The position numbers and the translations under genes were made by a program. Shown here in pieces: positions 58,521 through 64,000 of a stretch of DNA of 64,000 nt; position 1 is the stretch's first letter, and every line of letters begins with the position of its first letter. The notes under the pieces were generated by a model. It saw only the letters and a list, made by a program, of their open reading frames with translations. It searched no databases and was not told where the DNA came from. Source of the stretch: an uncultured Candidatus Micrarchaeota archaeon (GTDB taxonomy: Archaea > Micrarchaeota > Micrarchaeia > Anstonellales > Bilamarchaeaceae); contig OY970229.1 of assembly GCA_963714085.1 (NCBI GenBank), forward strand, positions 768,001 to 832,000, in the 5' to 3' direction.

Positions 58521-58698
58521 CTGCCCAAAAAAACTGCAGAAGAGCTCTACAGCATAATAGAGCTCCGTCAAAATCGGGATAACAGAATTGGAGAAAAGAG
58601 TGAAGCAGCTTGAAAAGGAAAACAAAAAGCTGCAATGCCAGCTCGGCAAATTTGTCAACGAGTTTACTCCTTCCGGTTCCGTGCCACCTTACTTATAA
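58521..58698 (+). pseudogene. Frameshifted fragment resembling an IS66-type transposase N-terminus
   Basis: AT-rich; ITELEKRVKQLEKENKKLQCQLGKFVNEFTPSGSVPPYL coiled coil plus N..TPS..PP; ends at the tnpB element. Confidence 0.4.
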
Positions 58699-60016
58699 AG
58701 TGTGTGCCGAGAAAACCCACACCCTTTAGGGGTGGGATAAACACTATAAAGTTCAAGGCACTGGTACGATACGACATTCTCGTCATTGGACAAGAGGTCT
58801 ATTCTCCGCGGAAATACCTCCGCGGAAATGCACTGTGCTGGTTCTTCTTTATAAAGGCCATTTCAATGATTTTATAATGAATCGAGCCTACAAATTCCGT
58901 CTGTATCCGAATAAACTACAACGACAGGAAATGCAAACTCATCTATGGCTCTCTAAAAATCTCTGGAACGATATGCTGGAATTGACTAAGCAGATGTATA
59001 GCCAATACGGGTATTTTGCCTCTACTAAGGCATTGCGGGAAATAGCTAAGAATAGTGGTTTGTTTTCCCAAACAGCACAAGATATAGAGGCGCGGTTGAA
59101 TAAATCCATCTATGGGATGATAGCACGAAGAAAGAGAGGCATAGACGCTGGCTTCCCTCGCTTCAAGAGCATGGATAGGATAAAATCATTGACGTATCCA
59201 CAGGCAGGGTTCTCTCTGACTGGCAAGAAGTTGAAAGTCAGCCCATTCGGGGAAATCAACATCAATCTGCATCGTGAAGTCCTCGGTCGAATCAAGACTT
59301 TGACGCTCAAAAAGGAAGCAGACAAATGGCATGCGATTTTGACTGCAGAATTACCTCCTACGATTCCCAAGCAAAACAACGGCGGAGCAACTGGAATAGA
59401 CCTCGGTCTGATGACTTTCGCAACTCTTTCTAACGGAGAGCAAATAAGAAAGCCAAAGCATTTCAAAAGATACGAGGATAAGTTGGCGGAAGTCCAAATA
59501 AATCTATCCAGAAAGAAACTGAGAAGCAAAGGCAGAAAAAAGGAGAAGCTAATCGTTTCCAAAATCCATGCGAAGATAGCGAATACGAGAAAGGACTGGC
59601 TGCATAAGGCAGCGAATAATCTTCTATCACAATACTCCCTCATAGTGTTTGAAGACCTTGACGTGCTGGGAGTATCATCGGAGCATGGCAAAGGAACGTC
59701 AGACGCAGGATGGAGCATATTCACAAATATAATTTCCTACAAAGCGGAAGAAGCTGGTTGCGAGGTGGTATTTGTGAATCCGAAGAACACTACGAAGGAT
59801 TGCAGCCGTTGTGGAACCTGCGTTCCAAAAGAAGAGCATGAGAGAGTACATAATTGCCCTTCTTGCAGTCTAAGCATGGATAGAGATCTCAACGCTGCAA
59901 TCAATATACTTGCAAGAGCTACCGTCGGGCAGACGGGAAGTAACGCTTGCGGAGATGGCGGTTACGCCGTCTAGGAAACAAGAAGCCCACACCTTTCAAG
60001 GGTGGGAGCATGTCAC
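58697..60016 (+). mobile_element. IS200/IS605 family (IS1341-type, tnpB-only) element; left boundary approximate
   Basis: Left hairpin CCCACACCCTTTAGGGGTGGG (58716-58736); right hairpin CCCACACCTTTCAAGGGTGGG followed by TCAC end; GC clearly lower than flanks. Confidence 0.88.
58877..59974 (+). CDS. tnpB: RNA-guided endonuclease TnpB
   Basis: AYKFRLYP, GFPRFK, RuvC GIDLG / FEDL / DRDLNAAINI all intact, Zn finger CSRC..CPSC. Confidence 0.96.
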   Translation: MNRAYKFRLYPNKLQRQEMQTHLWLSKNLWNDMLELTKQMYSQYGYFASTKALREIAKNSGLFSQTAQDIEARLNKSIYGMIARRKRGIDAGFPRFKSMDRIKSLTYPQAGFSLTGKKLKVSPFGEININLHREVLGRIKTLTLKKEADKWHAILTAELPPTIPKQNNGGATGIDLGLMTFATLSNGEQIRKPKHFKRYEDKLAEVQINLSRKKLRSKGRKKEKLIVSKIHAKIANTRKDWLHKAANNLLSQYSLIVFEDLDVLGVSSEHGKGTSDAGWSIFTNIISYKAEEAGCEVVFVNPKNTTKDCSRCGTCVPKEEHERVHNCPSCSLSMDRDLNAAINILARATVGQTGSNACGDGGYAV

Positions 60017-60036
60017 ATAAGGAATAAAAGGATAGC
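59900..60036 (+). ncRNA. TnpB omega-RNA (scaffold to 60016; guide predicted ATAAGGAATAAAAGGATAGC); 5' end approximate
   Basis: Established TnpB organisation: scaffold overlaps the tnpB 3' end and right end, and the guide is the flank after TCAC. Confidence 0.65.
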
Positions 60037-60098
60037 AGATATCACGACGGCGGGACTGCGCCTGCTCGTCTTCATCTAGACGGAGCGGGAATGACGCC

Positions 60099-60884
60099 TC
60101 ACATTCCCAGATAGGGCAGTATGTTAATTATTGTGAGGAGGAGGCATATCACTAAAATTATGAGACCGACGAAGATTTCCGGGTACATGCCGCGGGACAT
60201 TTTTTCGATTACGTTTCGTTCCTCACCAGTACTGATGTACATCGTCTTATTCACATCCCCTTTCCTGAGGATAAGGTTCTCATACCCCACGGTGTTCGAC
60301 AGCCCTTCCGCTGGCTCAATACTCCCCAAGGCAAAGAGCTGGTCGCCATCAACGATGTACGATTCGATAACGCGCATACCCTCGTACGCCGCATCCTGCA
60401 ATTTCTTTTTCCCTGCCTCGTCTAGTGTAGTTATGAATTCCACCACACGTGAATCCATGGTCGTAGGATAGACTCCGCCCGACAACTTGGGTGCGGATAT
60501 ATCTCCTTCGAAGCTGGCGCCTGGGGGGATATCGATATCGGCTCCGGCAGGATCCACGAGCATCTTCCCTGTGCCATCCACCAGATAGAACGGTTTGTGC
60601 GAATCTAGCGTGTAGAAGTTCCGCCAGCCACCTTTTCTTACGAAATATTGCGCTTCGAAACGCCAGTATGCACATTTCACTCCAGTTATCGGACTGCGCA
60701 TCGGATCTCGGCACAATGCTGCGCCGGATAGTTTTACCAGCCCGACTGCAGTTCCCCCTACTTTTGACATAGGAAGCTCTTTGATTTTCTGGATAAAGAG
60801 GAACTGCTTAACCCCAGGTTGGAATAGGACGAAGCCGAAGACGAAGCCTATGAAACATCCTATAAATACAACGAGGTCGGGCAT
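60099..60884 (-). CDS. GIDE/BAM-domain membrane protein (paralog 1)
   Basis: TM-soluble-TM; SPITGVKCAYW, FYLVDGTGKMLVDPAGA, ESYIVDGDQLFALG. Confidence 0.75.
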   Translation of the reverse strand: MPDLVVFIGCFIGFVFGFVLFQPGVKQFLFIQKIKELPMSKVGGTAVGLVKLSGAALCRDPMRSPITGVKCAYWRFEAQYFVRKGGWRNFYTLDSHKPFYLVDGTGKMLVDPAGADIDIPPGASFEGDISAPKLSGGVYPTTMDSRVVEFITTLDEAGKKKLQDAAYEGMRVIESYIVDGDQLFALGSIEPAEGLSNTVGYENLILRKGDVNKTMYISTGEERNVIEKMSRGMYPEIFVGLIILVICLLLTIINILPYLGM

Positions 60885-60897
60885 TGGTTCACCAGCA

Positions 60898-61473
60898 TCA
60901 TTTGTCAATATCGACCTGGACGGGTGCCTTCTCCTCCTCCACCGCCCTGAAATATTCGGTCTCGGTGAAGTGGAACATCCCTGCGATGATGCTGTCCGGC
61001 AGTGACTTTATGCGGGTGTTGTAGAGCATGACGGAGTCGTTGTAGAACTCCCGCCGGTCCGCGATCCCGTTCTCCATCTCGGTGAGCTGCTTCTGGAGGT
61101 CGAGGAAATTGTCATCAGCCTTGAGGTCCGGGTACTTCTCCGAGACCGCGAATATCGTCTTGAGCGAGGCGGTTATGGCCTCGCTGTGCTTCGCGGTCTC
61201 CTGCGGGCCATGGGCCGTCATGATGGACGCGCGGAGCGCGGTTATGTCGATTAGCGTCTGCTTCTCGTATTTCATGTAGCCCTTCACGGTCTGCACGAGG
61301 TTGGGTATGAGATCGGACCGCTGCTTCAAAAGGACGTCGATGTTCGCCCAGGCCTTGTCCACGTTGTTGCGCAGGGAGACCAGGCCGTTGTAGACGCTGA
61401 AGAGGTAAAATACGAAAAGCACCAGCAGGCCGAGAATGATGCCGCCGCAGCAGATTAAGCCCTCGAATGCCAT
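60898..61473 (-). CDS. lemA: LemA family protein
   Basis: YNGLV, WANIDVLLKQRSDLIPNLV, EKYPDLKA, RREFYN. Confidence 0.95.
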   Translation of the reverse strand: MAFEGLICCGGIILGLLVLFVFYLFSVYNGLVSLRNNVDKAWANIDVLLKQRSDLIPNLVQTVKGYMKYEKQTLIDITALRASIMTAHGPQETAKHSEAITASLKTIFAVSEKYPDLKADDNFLDLQKQLTEMENGIADRREFYNDSVMLYNTRIKSLPDSIIAGMFHFTETEYFRAVEEEKAPVQVDIDK

Positions 61474-61536
61474 TGGAACCACGTCGCTAGATGCAGATAG
61501 ATTTCGCATAACCCCTAATAAACCTGCCGCAGCCGG

Positions 61537-62298
61537 TCATGCTATGCATACAAACGCGCCTGCGGCTGCGAGGACGAAGCCGACGCCGATGTACCAGTAC
61601 ATGGAGCCCCGGATGTTGTCCACGATCTTCCTCTCGCCCGTGTCGCTGATGTAGAAGACCTTGTCGTACTTCCCCTGCCTCACTATCAGGTTCTCAGAGC
61701 CGATGGAGCTGGAAACGCCCTCCTGCAAATCGGCCGTCCCGAGCACGAAGAGCGGGTCGCCTTCGGCTATGTACCATTCCGTGAACCGCAGCTCGTAGCC
61801 GGAAAACCGGTACGCCAGGGCTTTCGCATCTGGATTGGCATCGAGATAGGCGAGCACCTTCTGGTCGAGCTGCTTCTGGGGGAGAATACCGAGGAACCCC
61901 TTGCTGCTGAGATATCCGGTGGAGGAGAAGTCGACCGGGATCTCGATGGTCGCTCCAGTCGGGTCCACGAGCATCTTCCCGGTGTCGTCCTCGAGGTCGA
62001 AATCCTTGTGCGAGAAACCCGATGAGATCATGCGCCAGCCGCCGTTCTTCCCGGGCTGGTACCACTCGGCGTTCATCTTCCAATAGATGCATTTCACGTT
62101 GGATATGGGGCTGAACTGCGGCTCCTTGCACACCGCCTTCCCGAAAAGCTCGATGAGCCCGACCGCAGCGGAGCGGGCCTTGGAGGTCGGGGTGTCTGTT
62201 ATCTTCTGGACCAGCAGGTACTTTTGTATCCCTGAATAGAGGACGCCCAGCCCGATTATCAATAGGGGCCCGCCCCAGCAGCAAAGGGTCAATCCCAT
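61537..62298 (-). CDS. GIDE/BAM-domain membrane protein (paralog 2)
   Basis: DTPTSK, SPISNVKCIYW, FDLEDDTGKMLVDPTGA, EWYIAEGDPLFVLG. Confidence 0.78.
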   Translation of the reverse strand: MGLTLCCWGGPLLIIGLGVLYSGIQKYLLVQKITDTPTSKARSAAVGLIELFGKAVCKEPQFSPISNVKCIYWKMNAEWYQPGKNGGWRMISSGFSHKDFDLEDDTGKMLVDPTGATIEIPVDFSSTGYLSSKGFLGILPQKQLDQKVLAYLDANPDAKALAYRFSGYELRFTEWYIAEGDPLFVLGTADLQEGVSSSIGSENLIVRQGKYDKVFYISDTGERKIVDNIRGSMYWYIGVGFVLAAAGAFVCIA

Positions 62299-62336
62299 GG
62301 CATCCCCGTAGAGAAAATATGGAAAGAAAAAAAAGG

Positions 62337-63068
62337 TCAGTACGTATCGGCTGGTACGGCCGGGGATGTCACTCCGCTTCCGGTCGGGACGCTCGGAGGC
62401 ACTCCGACCGATGCGCCAGAGTATAGGTCGCTCATGCTGCAGGCGCTTCCCGGCGTGAGGAATATGTCGTCACCGAACAGGCCCGGCTTGCAGCTCCAGA
62501 CCACGCTGGAAGACTCCACGCTCGAGGTGGACACCGGAGGCGATGAGGCCGCGGTTCCAGATGTGCTCGTGCTGTTGGCTGCGAACGTGAGCCAGTTGCA
62601 GTTCTTCCCCATCTGGGCGAAAGTGGCCTGCATCTGCGTGGAGACTTTCATGTAGGTGGTGCTGTTCTTGTAGACCATCTCGTACGTCTGGCCGGCGGAC
62701 GTCATCTTCATGTACATGTTCTGCCCCTTTATCTCGATGGTCAGCGGCTGGCCGTTCACCATGGCCGTGCACTCCAGCGGAAGCCCGCTTGTCATCGCTG
62801 CGACGTAGCTCTCGATCGAGCCGATGTTCGTCCCTGCTCCGGTGCCAGAGGGCGTCCCGCTCGCCGTGCCTGAAGTCGTATTGGCTGGCGCTGGTGGAGT
62901 TCCTCCGCTCGGAGCTGCTGCGCCGCCGGTGGTGTTCGCCACTGGGGCGGTTGCGCCAGAGGCCGCTGGGGCGGTGGTGTTCACCGTGCCAGAAGGCCCG
63001 GGCTGCTGGCTGGTGCAGCCGAAAATCAATAATCCTGCCAAAACCATTAGTACAATCAGTTTGTTCAT
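62337..63068 (-). CDS. Lipoprotein with Thr/Ala/Pro/Gly-rich linker
   Basis: LIFGC lipobox; low-complexity linker; Cys-containing domain. Confidence 0.75.
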   Translation of the reverse strand: MNKLIVLMVLAGLLIFGCTSQQPGPSGTVNTTAPAASGATAPVANTTGGAAAPSGGTPPAPANTTSGTASGTPSGTGAGTNIGSIESYVAAMTSGLPLECTAMVNGQPLTIEIKGQNMYMKMTSAGQTYEMVYKNSTTYMKVSTQMQATFAQMGKNCNWLTFAANSTSTSGTAASSPPVSTSSVESSSVVWSCKPGLFGDDIFLTPGSACSMSDLYSGASVGVPPSVPTGSGVTSPAVPADTY

Positions 63069-63139
63069 ATTATCCCTCCTGAATAGCACTTGGCACGGTA
63101 TTATTTAAAATGGTTGAGATGGAAATCCGAACGGTCATC

Positions 63140-64000
63140 ATGCCACTAGATATCTCGCGCACGCTGTTCGGCAAGCGCATGAAGAATCCCCTCGTACTCG
63201 CATCCGGAGTGCTTGGCGTGACCAGGGCAGGGCTGGAGGCCGTCGCGGAGAACGGCGCAGGTGCATTGACCACGAAATCGCTCTCGATCGAGCCGCGCAA
63301 GGGGCACGAGGGTCCCATTATAATAGAGACCGAATGCGGGCTCCTGAACGCGGTGGGCTATTCGAACCCTGGCATAAGCGACGGAATAGCCGAGTTCTCG
63401 GGATGGAGAAGGGACGAGCCGCTCATAATCAGCATAGCCGGGAAGGACGAGAAGGAGTTCGCGCGGCTCGCAGCCAGGCTCGAGCAAGTGAGAAAAACGC
63501 TCAACTGTGCCGCTGTGGAGATCGCGCTTTCCTGCCCCCACACGCCCGGATTCGGGCTCATGGCCGGCCAGGCAGACCCAAAGGCCGCCGGCAGGATAAC
63601 CGCGGCCGTGCGTAATGAGACCAAGCTCCCAATCATAGTAAAATTATCGCCCAGCGTCCCGGGCGAGGTGGAGGCAGCCAGACTCGCGGAGAAGGCCGGC
63701 GCATCCGCCATAAACATGGGCAACTCGCTCGGCCCGGGGATGAGGATAGACATAAACCGCGGCAAGCCGGTGCTGGGCTTCAAGATGGGGGGCCTAAGCG
63801 GGCCTGCGATAAAGCCGATTACAGTCAGATGCGTCTATGACATCTACGACGCTGTGGAGATCCCGGTCATAGGGACCGGCGGCGTGAACAGCGGCCAGGA
63901 CGCGATAGAGATGCTGATGGCCGGCGCCTCGCTCGTCGGGGTGGGGAGCGCGGTGTATTTCAGGGGCCCGGACGCCTTCATCAAGATAGAAGGCGAGATG
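63140..64000 (+). CDS. pyrD: Dihydroorotate dehydrogenase (3' truncated by window; not in ORF track)
   Basis: Translated by hand: KNPLVLASG, TTKS, NAVG..NPG, SCPH, VKLSP, GGLSGPAIKP. Confidence 0.95.
   Translation, partial: MPLDISRTLFGKRMKNPLVLASGVLGVTRAGLEAVAENGAGALTTKSLSIEPRKGHEGPIIIETECGLLNAVGYSNPGISDGIAEFSGWRRDEPLIISIAGKDEKEFARLAARLEQVRKTLNCAAVEIALSCPHTPGFGLMAGQADPKAAGRITAAVRNETKLPIIVKLSPSVPGEVEAARLAEKAGASAINMGNSLGPGMRIDINRGKPVLGFKMGGLSGPAIKPITVRCVYDIYDAVEIPVIGTGGVNSGQDAIEMLMAGASLVGVGSAVYFRGPDAFIKIEGEM

Noticed and set aside
1..64000. Many long antisense or alternate-frame ORFs (e.g. 1298-2323 -, 4151-5290 -, 7011-8087 +, 43897-44907 +, 54149-55189 +)
   Set aside because: Shadows of real genes caused by high GC3; no motifs and fully overlapping confident CDSs
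1..64000. CRISPR array, cas genes or rRNA genes
   Set aside because: No regularly spaced direct repeats or rRNA-like stretches seen; TnpB has IS ends and no array, so it is not called Cas12f

Overview
GC-rich archaeal chromosomal segment. Archaeal markers include aIF5B, PCNA, PolB, RpoK, Pus10, Pth2, AglB, a class I CCA-adding enzyme, GGGP synthase, TATA promoters, GGTGA Shine-Dalgarno sites and a BHB-intron tRNA. The shuffled gene order and many orphan ORFs suggest a DPANN/Micrarchaeota-like lineage; this is inference, as no phylogeny was run. Most genes are housekeeping: de novo pyrimidine/purine synthesis (carAB, pyrE, pyrD, purD, dcd), lipid synthesis, translation, replication and ftsZ. 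There are two tRNAs, a RelE-type toxin-antitoxin pair and an intact IS1341-type tnpB element. The best leads are: (1) a CedA/VirB6-like membrane gene plus an operon encoding an apparently split VirB4 ATPase (10.9-15.9 kb), a candidate Ced/Ted-like DNA-transfer machine; (2) an orphan TnpB omega-RNA scaffold with no nuclease gene at about 10.8 kb; (3) two unannotated intergenic small RNAs, one C/D-like and one H/ACA-like, whose guides complement conserved 23S peptidyl-transferase-centre sequences; (4) unusual protein architectures, namely a triple Xis-like HTH protein, a HEAT+OB protein, a lipoprotein/TM/Roadblock-like protein, a GIDE-LemA-GIDE cassette and a kinase-dCMP deaminase fusion. All calls come from reading motifs by eye; no database searches were run.
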